Origin: Girardia tigrina
Lineage: Eukaryota
Assembly (NCBI GenBank): GCA_001938485.1
Contig: MQRK01210222.1
Coordinates: 1-64,000 of the forward strand
Length of the DNA stretch: 64,000 nucleotides
Direction: 5' to 3'
A program made the position numbers and the translations under genes. The notes under the pieces were generated by a model, which was given only the letters and a program-made list of their open reading frames with translations, had not been told where the DNA came from and did no database searches. Shown here piece by piece: positions 39,286-53,463 of this stretch. Every line of letters begins with the position of its first letter. The stretch's first letter is position 1.

Positions 39286-42200
39286 TAATAAATAATTATC
39301 AAATTTTTAGTTAATTTATTTAAATAAACTGATTAATAATCGGACAAAATGTTTCTGGTGATCTCAATTGAAACAATTTTTTAACATAATATTATTCATC
39401 ACAAATGATTCAACCGGTGGATTCTAAAGGCGTTTTGTTTTAATTGGAACGAACGTTATTAAATATTGTTTGAACTGATCGTTTTTTAATGAGAATTTGA
39501 GCAACAAAAATATTAATCATTATCATTTTATTTAAATGAAAAAAAATGAAATTAAAAGAAGATAAATTGTTCGAGTTAATCGAGTTTTTATTTATATTTT
39601 TATTAAATTATAAATTTAAAAATATCATTTAATAAAATTGATATTTTTGACAAAATTATTATTACGTTTTAAATAGATAAATAAAATATTTACTTTTTAA
39701 ATTGAATAGTTTATTTAACATTTAATTGTTATTTTTGTAAATTGTAATTTGTGAGAACTTTTATGAACCATACAATTTTAGGGGTATTTGTCAATTTAAC
39801 TACAACCATTTATGAAGACAATATGTAAGATTTTTTCATGTTAATTTAATGAAAAATAATTAAATTTAGGTTAAAATTCTTTAATAAACTTTAGATGAAG
39901 CCAATCATTGATACATTACCATGGTGAGAGGTATTAATTGGTTGTCTAAGACCATCCAAAGGATTCATTTTGCCAGGTATCATGATGCATCTTTCGTTAT
40001 TACTCCTTAGATCAAGAACCACAGCTTCTCTTTATCTTGAATGAATATCATAATTAATGTCATTTTAGCGATGCCGATGTTATATCGATGGTGAACATGC
40101 TATTTTGTTTTTTATGAGGCTCTTAAAATAGTCTACTAAACTTACGAGTCATTAATGCTTGTTCTACACATGGTGCAAAAACACCCTAATTCCTCTTCTG
40201 TTAAACCTCATGCAATGTTAGATGTGCTCAAGAGGATATAATATTACACTCATGTGAGCCCTGTGCAGTTCAGGAAATTATATGCATACCACATGTTCTA
40301 ATAATCTAGACACTTCATTTATTGATTATTTCACCATCACCGTGTTATACGTAAAATAATGTTCCAATACTTGAATTCACCATATTAATTGTTTGTCTTC
40401 CATGAAGACAAATTAAAAATCTAATATTATGATCCCATTTCAATGATTATTATCGTCATTTGCTTTGGGTATTTATAAAAATAAATTATATTATTCCTCA
40501 CCGATGTTGATTGATAATAATCATAATCTGTTTTAAATTTTTTTTCATTCTTTTTTCTTCTTTCACAATTGATTCTGGGTGTTTGATACAGACTAAAGAT
40601 TGTCCTAGAGACGGACCGGTATTAGTGGATTCATGATCGTTCTGGACCTATTTTATATTTTTCAATTATTTTTTAATATTTGTTCGGCTCATATTTTTTT
40701 AATAGTTGATATTTTTCAAAAACAATAAAAAACAAACAACAATTCACAACAATCAGTTTCAAATAATTAACATCATTCAGTTAAAAAAAATATGATTTGT
40801 AAAAAATTGTTTCTAAGATTCGTATATATAAAATTATTTTCAATGAAACAGAGTAAACTAAGTGACTCAATTACTCTAACACTCCCGACAAATCGTCGAA
40901 GTTAAACTAACAACAGCCACATTAGTACTTATACGGGTGAGTGATATAGAATTCGCAGGGTCATTGACTATTCAGGTCGGGTCAGACAAGAATACCTGCA
41001 AAAGTACCATGTAAACCTGTAAAAACAGAACCTGGCAAACGACGGATGAGCTCTTTGGAGCGAACGGCCATCCATATCGGGAGAGAAGATGGGCGACACC
41101 AGGTTACTTGCCACATTTATTATTAACACATTAACTTATTAACACACTTAAAAATATACAAAAACCAAGCCATAAAGACTTGCACATAATTGAATGCACA
41201 AAACAATCATCGATATTTACTTTCAACAATATAAAAAATTCAAGTTTTCAAAAGAATATGAACATGTCGTTAGGTAAGAGAGAAGGGGAATATCTGAAAT
41301 ATAAATAAATATATCAACACTTAAGTATAAATTTATATAGAATTCCGTAACATTATTGAAAATTTAATTTTTAAATTATGTAAGCTATTAAAAATATCTA
41401 TTATATGTTCTTTTCAATATCATTTTATCAATTTGTGTATCACTATACTAATTTAATTTGTTTGTAAAAAATGTTAAGGTTTGATGATGAATTATTAGAA
41501 TCTTTTAAGGGCATTTTATCTTTTATGTGCGATTTCTTAAAATAATTTTTTTCTTATAGTAAAAAATAAATAAAATAATTCAATCATTAAATATTATCTT
41601 ATGAAAAAAAGCATATTTAATATGCAATTCATAAAACAGGGGAATAGTGAAATCCATTGCTCAACATCCGTTAACAGAACAATACCGATATCAGCTTGAG
41701 TAAAGCCAAACAATGCGCCATTAGACCGTATAGCACGCATTTCTAAAGCCGAGATGCATTTGAAATTCGCTTCATTGGTTACTCGCAGCTCAAAAAAATT
41801 AATCTTTACGGATTATGGCTTTGAATATTTGGTTTTAGTAGGATTTCATCCCTGATTCGATGCCTTTCAATTATTTACTTACCAATATTAATTCCGGAAA
41901 TGAAACAAAAAAATACAATGTTTAACTTAATTTACTTTTCTATTCGTTTAACCTATTTAACTTGTGTTTTGCTTCATTTCAGTTGGCTTTATCAGTTTAG
42001 AAAATAAGATAATTAACAAGAGAAAAATATCTTTATAAATCAGATATTAAAATTAAAAGAACTGGAAGAAAATGTGATCAAAACTCTTAAGAAAATAATA
42101 TTTTCATATAAAACGTTTATTTAATGTATCATATAAAAAATTAAAAAGATTTTTTAAATAAATTACCTTTGTTGATTTAAGATAAACTTTTTTTAAGAGA

Positions 42201-42566
42201 TTTTACATGTTTATATTTAATATTTAAATTTGCTAATAAATAAAAATATAATGAGACTTACTTAGTAAATCATCTCTGAATGGGAATGTTTCTTAGTAAC
42301 ATAATTAATAATCCCTTTCTATTGTCTATCACAATAAAACTCAACGAACAGAACATTAAAGAAATATTATAAAAATATAAAAGAATACATTATTAGAAAT
42401 AAAAATGGATAATTTCTAAATATATTTTTTAACATTATATGAAAATAAAAACGATTTCTGAATCATTTTATAACAAAAAACATTATATATTGTAAGTACT
42501 TTATTATAAAAGCAATTAAATTTTCTTTTAGATGTGGTGATAAAATAAACGCAGACATATGGCATA

Positions 42567-43690
42567 CGTGGTGCGTTCAATAAGTATCAGACCTAAGGTA
42601 AAAAATGTAATAGTACATTTTAGTGTTTTGTGATTAAATAAATTCATATAAGTTAAAATTTCAGAAATTGTTTTAATTTATCAAAGGCATTAAAATTTCG
42701 TTTGAGATATTTTGAATTTTTGTAAGTGCAATAATTTCAGACGTCGAATATCGCACCGTTATATCGTTGTTTTGCAGTCAACTTACCTAAATGACTCCCA
42801 TCTTTGAAAAATATTCAATATTGGGTCTGAGAGTTTTAAAGTTGATCGGACCTCCCTTTTTTAATCAAAAAAATCAGGTCGACCATAAATGTTTTTTGAC
42901 ACAGTTGATAAAAAATTGGAGAAGGACAAAAAAGAGAGTCGAAGTACCATGAAAATGCTCTCCGCAAAGCTCAACATCAATGTTGTACAGTTCATGCAAA
43001 ACTAAAATCCACAGGTATCAGAAAACTGAGCACCAGATTCATACCCATCTTTTTGATTGGTAAAATGATGCGAAAACACTCAGAGTGCAGTTAGAACAAC
43101 TTGAAATTGTGAGAGCAGTGTGATGAGACTTACCTGCAAATTTAATTATGAGGGATGAAACCTCTCTCAGTTACAAACGGATAGTTCTCGCCTGAAACAA
43201 AGCATGATCCAGCAGAGAAAAAAACTATCTAGAGAGAAGTATTCTTTGAAAATTGGAACGAGGACAAGTCACGAACAAGGTATGATGTTTTCCATTTTTT
43301 GGGATAATAAAGGTGTTTTATTCAAGCACTTCTAGGATAAAAGCATCACCATCTAGGCTGCTTATTACAGCCAACTCAATGCAACAGAAAGAAAGAATAA
43401 AATCACTCCGCTATGCTATCTCCACGATGTGCCAGTGCACATTGTGGGCATTTCTCTGGTTACATTTAAAGATGCAGGACTAATGTTTGGGGATCATCCA
43501 CAGTACAGCTTAGATTCAGCAACGAGTGATTTTTCCTCTTCAGGCACCTAAGTTTGAATCCAAAGACGATTTGAAGGTTGCCGTAGATGATTTCTTTGAT
43601 GCATACTTCCTTGAATATTTTAACAATGTATTTTCTGAGTTTATTACTCTTTTTCGAAAGATTGTAGAGTGTAGTGGACATTATTTTAAA
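42567..43690 (+). mobile_element. Fossil mariner (irritans-like)
   Basis: TA|CGTGGTGCGTTCAATAAGT end; DET, FSIFWDNKGVL, LHD, HPQYSLDSATSDF remnants. Confidence 0.7.
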
Positions 43691-44199
43691 AATTGATACC
43701 TTCATACGCTAAGCTTGTTGTGTTATAAAAAAGTATTGTTGTTTTATAATCGAGAATATTGCCTTTCATTTTTTTTCGTAAGGTGTAGGAGATCATTCTC
43801 TATATAGAATAAATTTTACATTTATTTTACTAATTTTAAGACTTTAATCAATAAAAATTTTTACAAAACTTGACAATTAATAATATTTAAATAGTGTCTT
43901 GAAAAAAAACGAGATCTTTCAGAAACTTATTAAATCTCAACACGAAAATTTTAAGTACCTCCTTTTCAAAAATAATGTGAATAATACATGAAACTATTTT
44001 TTATAATTTTATTGATTATTAGAAATTTTATCCACAATTATTAATTTTTCCATTGATTTATGAATTACTCCAACAACAACATTCAAAGTTTAAAAAAAAC
44101 AAATTAATTAGTGAATAAAATCAAAAATTTCTTGTTTTATAATTAAAAATTAGTGACAAATTTGTAAGTAGTTAAACATAATTTTAAAAATATTTAATC

Positions 44200-44460
44200 A
44201 TTTTTTAGACAAGCTTACAATATTTTCTAAGGAGAATATTTAATTGGAGACTTTCATTATAATCTCTTTACAAAAACAAAACGATTTTCACGAAAATCCA
44301 AAATTTCTATATTTCTATGCAAGTCTTATCCTTGCATAAAAGTTTGTCATCTTCAACACCTATTCATTGACTTTACATCTTCCTTCTCCAATATCATGAT
44401 GGTTTTTGTAGAAGACTGATTCATGAAACCTGGTTGTATTTATTGCTTATGAAGAAACTT
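44200..44460 (+). mobile_element. Possible LINE APE endonuclease remnant
   Basis: LIGDFHYNL motif only. Confidence 0.25.
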
Positions 44461-46097
44461 TTTGTGGGTAATAAAAATGTGACAGAAAGAATAATAAAGA
44501 ATATATAAATATATAGAAAATAATGTAAAACATTTCGTTCTGGTGAAAAGAAATGTTATAAATCTAAATTTTTAATTTTAATGATTGACCCCTTGATAAC
44601 TTAAATATCGTCCTTATTTTGCTTGCTCCAAGTTTTTAATTTCAAAATCATAATATATAATAAACCAAAAAAATCCATAAATAATATTTTAAAAATACAT
44701 TTGCTATTTATTCTTTTTCTTAGATTTTTCATTGGCTGCACTAAAATCCGTGAAAAATAAATAATAAATACAAATAAATTGGCTAAAATATCATTATTTA
44801 ATCACACTAAAAAAATCATAATTTTATTTCTGAAAATATTATGTAAATAAGAGAAAATAAATTCGTTTATTCAATAAGCCCCCCCCAGTAAAAAAAGTTG
44901 TTAAGTTAAGATTGATATGGAAATTTCCAATTACTTAAGAGAGTCACTTTAGAAAATATTTGTTTAATTAAATAAACATCCGGTCAGTAATTTATAAATT
45001 AATTTAATTTCTTTTTTTCTACCTTGATGTGGAAATGATTTTCACAATCGATTTTGAGGAATCATTTATCCACAAGAAATTTGTTGCCAAAGTTACCTCA
45101 AACTTACCTCAAAGTTACCTCAAATTGAACAACAGAAGCATGAATAGAAATTAATTAACCATTTACAAAGAAACTGTAAAAATTATAACGACTTGTGGCA
45201 TTCGATAACTGCTTTTGAAAAGAAAAAGTTTTATTAGAAGTTTTGAGTTTCATTTTTTTTCGTCAGACAGTTGGAGTATTTTGATGGTAAAACAAATTCC
45301 TCGTATCTTAACAAACAAAATTTTTCCATTTTAAGGTGAAAATAGTTAATTAAGATAGGGATAAAATACGCTTGATTGAAAATTCGTTGATAAAACAATG
45401 GTATTTTTCGATAAATTGATTTATAATTTACGAAGTCTCGTCTTTTTTTGTTTTGCCTAACTTTCTTTTATAATAACAATAATAATAATATCTAAAGAAT
45501 GTTTCGTTGCGTTGCCTTATTAACTCTCAATTATAGTTGTAAACAAGTTCTTGTCTAATGACTACAAACAATTACTTTATTTATTTCTTTATTAATCACT
45601 TTTCTTTCTTTTCCTCTATCTCAAGAAATGGTGGATATTGTGTGTTGATTCATTAACAAAACGTTTTTTTGTTTTTTTTCATGATGTTTAATTAGCCTTC
45701 TATTTAGAGTTTCTATAAATTTGTGTATTTGAAGGTTACAGTACGCAATGTCAACAGTTTCAAAAATCTCAAAAAAAAGATTGGGAAAAAAGAATAAGAT
45801 TACTGGAGCTAATAGGATTTTTTGATATTTTTCATATTAAAAAAATTATCAGTGGAATTTTAAAATATTTAAAAATATTGCATACATTAAAATATAGCGG
45901 AAAAAAGTTAACGAGTAAAAAGTTTTTACTAAAAACATATGTTTTATAAAATAAAATATTATAAAATTTTAGGGTTGGAAATATTTTAAATTGAAATTTA
46001 AAATGATAATTTTATAATTTATACACTATTATAAAAATAAAAACTTTATAAGAATATAAAATGAGAAAGTATAGTTAAAGATTTTCTCAAAAAATAT

Positions 46098-47405
46098 TGT
46101 GAAGAAAATTCTAAAATGTTGTGAATTTGTTATTTGTATGGTGTTTAGATTGATGAATTACTTATTCCTACTCAGATGAGATTGATATGTTATTGATTAT
46201 CTATATGTTGGAAAACATACGGCCTCGTACCTGCAACAGTAGCGATCCAAGGCTTAACAACCGTGCGTAGCACCTCTGTGTAACCAACTGCATTCACCCT
46301 AGCACCTGCACTAAAGAAATGTGGNNNNNNNNNNNNNNNNNNNNNNNNNNNNNNNNNNNNNNNNNNNNNNNNNNNNNNNNNNNNNNNNNNNNNNNNNNNN
46401 NNNNNNNNNNNNNNNNNNNNNNNNNNNNNNNNNNNNNNNNNNNNNNNNNNNNNNNNNNNNNNNNNNNNNNNNNNNNNNNNNNNNNNNNNNNNNNNNNNNN
46501 NNNNNNNNNNNNNNNNNNNNNNNNNNNNNNNNNNNNNNNNNNNNNNNNNNNNNNNNNNNNNNNNNNNNNNNNNNNNNNNNNNNNNNNNNNNNNNNNNNNN
46601 NNNNNNNNNNNNNNNNNNNNNNNNNNNNNNNNNNNNNNNNNNNNNNNNNNNNNNNNNNNNNNNNNNNNNNNNNNNNNNNNNNNNNNNNNNNNNNNNNNNN
46701 NNNNNNNNNNNNNNNNNNNNNNNNNNNNNNNNNNNNNNNNNNNNNNNNNNNNNNNNNNNNNNNNNNNNNNNNNNNNNNNNNNNNNNNNNNNNNNNNNNNN
46801 NNNNNNNNNNNNNNNNNNNNNNNNCGTAAGAGTAGCTTCTGCCATGTCTACCAGCAAAAATAAAATTATGTAATTATAACACACAAAAAGATATGGTGTC
46901 TATATTACGTGTTCTCAAATAGCTGCCGCACCCTGTATAATGAGATTAATTTTATTAGATTAATGTTTTAAATACAAATTAATTAAAAGTGTTAAAATTT
47001 GAAATTTTAATAATACTTTGAGTAAATAATTTAACTTATTAAATTTATTATAATTTAAAAAGCTCATTTTTATTTTCAAATTTAGTTAATATATTTTTAC
47101 CCAATAAAATTTTGAGAAATTAAAAATTATCATTTTTATAATTTCATTTAAAATTTATCTGATATGAAAATATTTTAAAATGTATTAAAAGAAAAAAATT
47201 AACAAAATCTTTAAATTACAAAATTTTGATAAAATAAATTTTTTAAATTGAAAAAAAATAATAAATTAAGTATTTGTTTTTATTTTACATTATCTTTACA
47301 TACAAAAGGTTTGTATAGAAGAAAAATTGTTCGAAAAATATGCTATAGTGTGATTTTAATAAAATTTCGGTGTTATGGGTTAAACTTTCGATATCGAACC
47401 TATCA
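46098..47405 (+). mobile_element. LTR-like repeat of the motif family, interrupted by an insert and a gap
   Basis: TGTGAAG start, TCCTACTCAGATG motif, similarity to the 25951 copy; possible CCTATCA end. Confidence 0.4.
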
Positions 47406-47437
47406 GTTTTATTTCAAGAAAATGATTTATTTTATTA

Positions 47438-48940
47438 CCGTATTTCTTCTAATACAGCAACAATGCTTAATTAGAGCGACATGATGACAACCATTCGAAA
47501 CAATAGACCGACATTGATTATTTAGAGCGACATGTCGCTTTATTAGACAGGTCTGGTGACAACCATTTAAAAAATAAATCCTCATCCAAATCAAAATTTG
47601 TCTCTATCACAAACCACACTCGGTGGAAGGCGGGATAGTTATCCAATTTACAGTATCTTATATTTACTATGAAGTGAGGTAGTGCAGCAGCACGACTGTC
47701 ATGCGTGAGTAATAAAGTTTAGGTTTATACGTAACACATAGCCCGACACCTACCATAATCTCACTTTATACATATAAAGATTGGTGTTTTGAAGCTAAAA
47801 GCATGTACATTTCACTTTCTGGTATGACAGATTGTTGTGCTTTACAACATGGACATAGTCAACATTGCAGATAAAGATGAATGCCATAAATCTGAGGCAA
47901 ATCTCACTTCGAACAATCGTCGTAAAAGGACTATATATACACTTGAATTCAAGTAAAGTGTAATAGAGAATGCCAAGAAGACTTATAAAAGCTCATAAAT
48001 TTCAAATTTTCTCATAACTAGGCTGGAAAATCGTGGATTAATCACAACTTCAGAGAAGATTATCTCTGACGTGTAATCTTTTCCAAAAGCTACTTCTGGT
48101 ATGGGACACTTTTCGATGCTATAGCAGTGTGAATACAAAAGACGTGCTTTGTTCCCTGAAGCTGTATGTCGCAGTTTTTCCTGTAGACTGTACCACATTT
48201 ATTCAGTCGGCAGACGTGTCATGGAATAAACCTTTCAAGAACAAAATTTCTGAATTAAACACTCCCTGGATTAAAAAAACCGTCCACTGACATGTACTGA
48301 AAAGAACATTGCACCACATCACCGGATATATATCTCGAATGAATTATGCTGGGATGGAAGTTGGTTTCATCAGAAAATATCAAAAAAGTCATTTATTGAA
48401 TGCGTGATTAACCATTGCTTGCAATGGATCCCACGATGCCGACGTATATGTATTCAAACCCGGTGGTTCTATATCTTCTGATTTGATGGAGCTTCATAAA
48501 AAAGAAGATTGAACATGAAAATTGAATCATTGCTAGCAACGCTGGAATTTTATGATGAATCTTTGTATGATTCAAATCAAGATAGTGTGAGTCAATATGA
48601 CTCAGACTCCGACTGATGCTTGGCGGCATACTCTTATTTTATTTGTTGAAAATATAATTTTATAGATTTTGCGGCTTTTGTATTTCTACTCTATAAAGAA
48701 AACCACAAGCAGTGATTGTTTTCACGAGCAGTAAACACGTCTAATTTAATTTACCACGTTCTCACGACTTACTTTCCTACTTATTTTACCGGATTCTCAT
48801 GATCAATTTTAAGTGACTCAAAACTTGCTCTAATAGACTAATAATATTTAAAAAATTAGAGCGAAAGTGCTTAATTAGAATGATGTGACCACCATACAAA
48901 ACAAAAGACCGACGGTGTCGCACTATTAGGATAAATACGG
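47438..48940 (+). mobile_element. Tc2/pogo-like element, internally deleted
   Basis: TIRs CCGTATTT(C/A)T(T/C)CTAATA, TA TSD, subterminal TTAGAGCGAC repeats; FIQSADVSWNKPFK motif. Confidence 0.85.
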
Positions 48941-50182
48941 TATTTATTTATTTTTTGAAAATCAGAGAAAAAGATTGATTAAATTTTATTATATTAAATA
49001 TAGCAAATGAGGATGTAAAAATAAGAAAAATATTAACTAAAAAGATTAATTTTTGGTATTTTTTTCTGAATAAAAATCCAAAAAGAATTCGTGACCAACT
49101 GATTAGAAAAAACGATTTCAAGATTTACCAAAGATGCAAATCCAAAAATGAAAATGTATAAATCAAATGATGTTGGTTTTTAGAAATCCGATTAATAAGC
49201 ATTAAATTCGGTCAATGTTGGCTGGAGAATTAATTTTTTTATGAAAATTATTAATAAATTCATTTATAAACTGAATCTCTGAATACAATTATTGTAAATA
49301 ATTGTATAATTCATATAAAATAATTAACTAAATAATTTATCATATTTTTGATGAGAAAAATAAGAATGTATTTATTATCTAGTAAATTTTTTAAAAATAA
49401 AAATCTTTTAAATTGTAAATTAATTTTAATTATTATTTTTTTAAATAATAAAATAAAAAAATCTTTTAAAACAAATAAAGAAATTAAAAAAAATTGTCTA
49501 ATTAAAGTTAATTTTTTTTATTTTTCTTAGATTCAGATTTTCAATTGTTGTCGAATCTTGATAAAACTTTCTATTTATATAAAATTATTATTCATGAAAA
49601 AATTATTTAATTTAATTTAATTTAATTTAATTAAAAAATATAAAATATTTTGATTATGAAAATTTGGTCATTTAATTAGACATTTTATGTATCTTAAAAT
49701 TCGAAATTCGAGAAGAAAATAATTTTTCAGTAATAATTTGCTGAGGAAAATCGAATATATTTTCCCCTTAATAAATCTTGTTAAATCGAAATTGATATTT
49801 TTAACTACATAAAAAATAATTAAAACCTTTAAAATCTTAACATTTTCGTCTTAAAGAAAAGCCTTACTTCATTTAAATTTACCAAACAGAATTTTAAAAT
49901 GAGTTTTTCATGGCTTTTAAATACAAAAAAGGTATAAACTTTTTGCAAAAACAAATATTATGATATAAAAAGTGAAAAATAATTTAAATATAATAAAACA
50001 AACTTTACAGATTTTTACACATTATTTTCAAATGGTAAAATTAAATTAAGAAAATATTTCTTTGTATCAAACATATATTCTTAGAAAACGTTTCAAAAAT
50101 GACTTGTACCAAAATAAAAAATAGTGATAAAAATAAGGATACATAATCTTTTGTACAATTTTAATTGTCATGGGTGTCAAAA

Positions 50183-50229
<47 letters not shown>

Positions 50230-50306
50230 NNNNNNNNNNNNNNNNNNNNNNNNNNNNNNNNNNNNNNNNNNNNNNNNNNTTTGATTAAAGCTTTTTTTAT
50301 ATAATT

Positions 50307-50348
50307 ATTGGACATGTTTCGATGTTTACATACATCATCATCAGCAAT
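50307..50348 (-). ncRNA. Minimal type I hammerhead ribozyme (Penelope-type)
   Basis: AUUG CUGAUGA U GAUGU augUAA ACAUC GAAA CAUG UC CAAU: intact core, 4-bp stem I, 5-bp stem II, palindromic ACAUGU stem III. Confidence 0.8.
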
Positions 50349-50479
50349 TTTCGGATGTTTAGTAAATGAAAATTGAATTGTTTGAATAATACAATTTTAA
50401 TACAATTTTAATAAATATAATTTACTTTAAAAGGTGACGAAGAAATTAAACATTATCATATTACAATATTACAATATTT

Positions 50480-50680
50480 AACTTACAAGGCTAGCTTATA
50501 TACTGGATGTGAAGGCTTAAGAGCTTATCAACTATGCTCAAGTTTCAGAAAAGCTGTTTACTCACTTTTGATGGTAAGGCAACTTTCACTGATTTTTGAT
50601 GAATCAAGTAGGTTTCACATTGAAATGATGAATCTTGGAATCAGGAAGAGCAGTATTTTGATGAACTCCATTAATTTAAA
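50480..50680 (-). mobile_element. Possible Penelope GIY-YIG C-terminal remnant upstream of the ribozyme
   Basis: KIL...ETYLIHQK resembles the GIY-YIG C-terminal ExxxI helix; position relative to the HHR fits. Confidence 0.35.
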
Positions 50681-50690
50681 TCATTTAGAT

Positions 50691-50800
50691 CAGTGTAGCT
50701 TAAACTGTGGGTCGCGACCTCGAATGGGGTAGCAGCGCCTAATTTCCGGGTTGCGAAGATTTAATTTTTATTGCAACTTTTAATTTGTATTTTAAATATT
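50691..50800 (+). mobile_element. hAT-Charlie-like terminal fragment
   Basis: CAGTG..CTTAAACTGTGGGTCGCGACC...GGGTTGCGA. Confidence 0.5.
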
Positions 50801-50805
50801 CATAT

Positions 50806-51271
50806 TGTTAACAGAACTCACACATTTGACAGAACATTTATTACATTCACAATTTTTATTATCTTTATGATGATCAACAGTAATGCTTTCACTTAGATCC
50901 ATCAATCAATTTTCAATATCTCCCATTATAATCTTAACTATACTTGATAAGATTATTTTATTTAAAAATATTTAATTTAAATTTGATTGGCTGAAATAAA
51001 ATATTTTTATAGTTATTTTTAAACATTAATTTGATTTTAATTATTTAAAAATTTACAAAAATAAAATCATTAAAATTATTTAAAAGCTGCAATAATAAAA
51101 ACAAAAAATTTGAATATTAAATCTAAATTTAAATAAATTAGTTTCAGATTATAAAAAATTAAATATTGATAATCCATCTGGTTAGGAGAGGCACAATCCC
51201 AAATCAACATACAACATTTGAACATTCAAAAACTACACACAAAAACATACACACACCAAATATTCCTCACA
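50806..51271 (-). mobile_element. Solo LTR-like repeat (TG...CA)
   Basis: Highly similar to 62595-63052; no TSD. Confidence 0.75.
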
Positions 51272-53463
51272 TCCCCCTCGTTTTAAATGGCTTTAGCCAT
51301 TCCACATTTCTGATCAAAATTCTACCATCTTCTAGCTCCAATTCATAACTTCTTTCATGTCTTCTGCTTTTTATTGTGGTTGGACCCATATATCGGTCTT
51401 CTTCCTTTGTGTGGTAAGAAAAATAAAATACTTTGTCTTATTGGCTAAAATCAGAGCGAGTAACTAACTCGATCAAAATTACTTCAATTAAAAATATAAT
51501 GAATTTTTTTATCAATCGAGCGTTATTGTCTCGCAGGTTTTATGCATTTTCATTTTATCAAATGGATTTTAAAGAGATTCTGAAAATATTTGATTTTGCT
51601 CGATTTGGAAATCAACAACAAATCCTCGATTAGAGATTTTTGAAAAAAATAACTTTAAATGTTCATGGATGTATGCGAACTTTTTCATTTCGTTGAATTT
51701 TTAAAAATGAACTGAAATATGATTTATTTTGTTTGCTCGATTAAAAATTGCCACAGATATTTTTTGAATTTTTCATGTTGGTCATTTTCACGATATTTTT
51801 TAATGATTTGCTTAATTTCATTATGCTCAATATTCGAATATTATTTTATGATATGAATTTTGTGTCGGCTCTAGTGGTTAAATTTGAAAAAAAAGTATTA
51901 TATTTCTCTTTTAAGAGAATTGTGATTTCAATTTGTTATTTTATTGTAATATTTTTATCAATTTGTCAATATTAAAAATAAAAATGTATTTACTGATAAT
52001 GAATATATTTTCACTGATAATAATAACAACTATTTGAATTCTCTGATTAAAATAATCAACAAATGGATGACAGAGAATTTCAATGAAACTCTTTTAACAT
52101 TGTTTATTAATTTAAATTGTGTATTAATTTACTTTCCAACGATTCTATATTAAATTATAAATCATCTTTCGGGAATTTCATGATGTTATTAAACTCGACG
52201 AAAGTTACCACTCATTATTGTTTTTTCAACAGTCATTAATTTATTTTAAAATATGAGCCAAGCACAATTAGACTAAGCATTCAGATAATCTACTGCGAGC
52301 GTCAACTACAACCGTCCGATTTTTAGGGCAGCCTGAGGGTCGCGCGAAAAGATAAAGTTCATCAATTTTACAATTTTCCCATTCTTTATTTCTGTTTTTA
52401 GATCTATTTTCTTGAAATGAGATAGAAGAAAAATTAATGTACAAGAAAACTAATAATAATAATAGATAATAAAAGTATCGAAGAAAAAAAGTATAAACAT
52501 AGAGGTATTAATAGTTCAGTTTTATTAATATAATATAAAAGACTATTTAAACGCATAACCGAATGAGCCTTTAACCAACAATAATGACAGAGTATTCTTT
52601 TGTTTTATTTCTTTTTATTATCTGTTGACTAAATAATGAATACATGATAAATATTCTTTTTTACTTTATATTGTTATTTTTGTTTACTGAGCATATTTGT
52701 AAATGTCTTCTACAAATATTTTTTTCTTAAAATCTATTATTTATTTCATATGAAAAAATATTTTATTATACTCTGCCTTATAAAAATAAATAATTGTATT
52801 ATAAACATACTTCTTATTTATAATATTTTTTTACTATAACATACTAGATACAAAATTATTGAAAATAATGTTTCGATTTAATAATTATAAAATATATACA
52901 TTAATAACAAAAAATAACATTTATTTTAGATTAAATGAAACATTAGTTCTATATTCTATGAAAAGTTATTTATTTTTAGTTAGTTTCGTAGAAATTTACT
53001 GTCAACTTTAAATTTTTAAAAGGAAACGTTATGACTTGTTATATCATTTGACACAATAAAATGAAAAGTTAGTTCGAGAATCAACTAAATAATTTAGTTA
53101 CTTTATGAGGGTTACTTAATTAGATACTTATTTTAGTTACTTACTTAAGAAGCACGATACCTTGGAACGAGTTTTAACACCCGTGACAATTAAATTTATA
53201 AACCAGATTAGTTTCCAATCTTCAAATCGTTTTAGATTTATTTGAGAGGAATCTTTAAAGTTTAGAATGATACATATTCTTTCAAATTATCTTCTTAAAT
53301 ACTCAAAACCCTCCAGAATAATGTATCTTAATGATATTTAATGTTATTTTATCCGTGCGCTGGTGCTCATCTACAAATAATTAATTTTAATTAATTATAC
53401 AGCTAAAATATTTTATTTTTGCAGCTGTTCATACGCGTACATCAAGTTTCTACTCTTGATTAA

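Noticed and set aside
45090-45125. 11-bp tandem repeat x3
   Set aside because: Simple slippage duplication; no spacers, not CRISPR
46294-46884. Three ORFs of 180-196 aa
   Set aside because: Made almost entirely of N gap
47248-51975. Short F/I/K/L/N-rich ORFs (e.g. 47248, 49348, 51433, 51748)
   Set aside because: Expected by chance in very AT-rich DNA; no motifs
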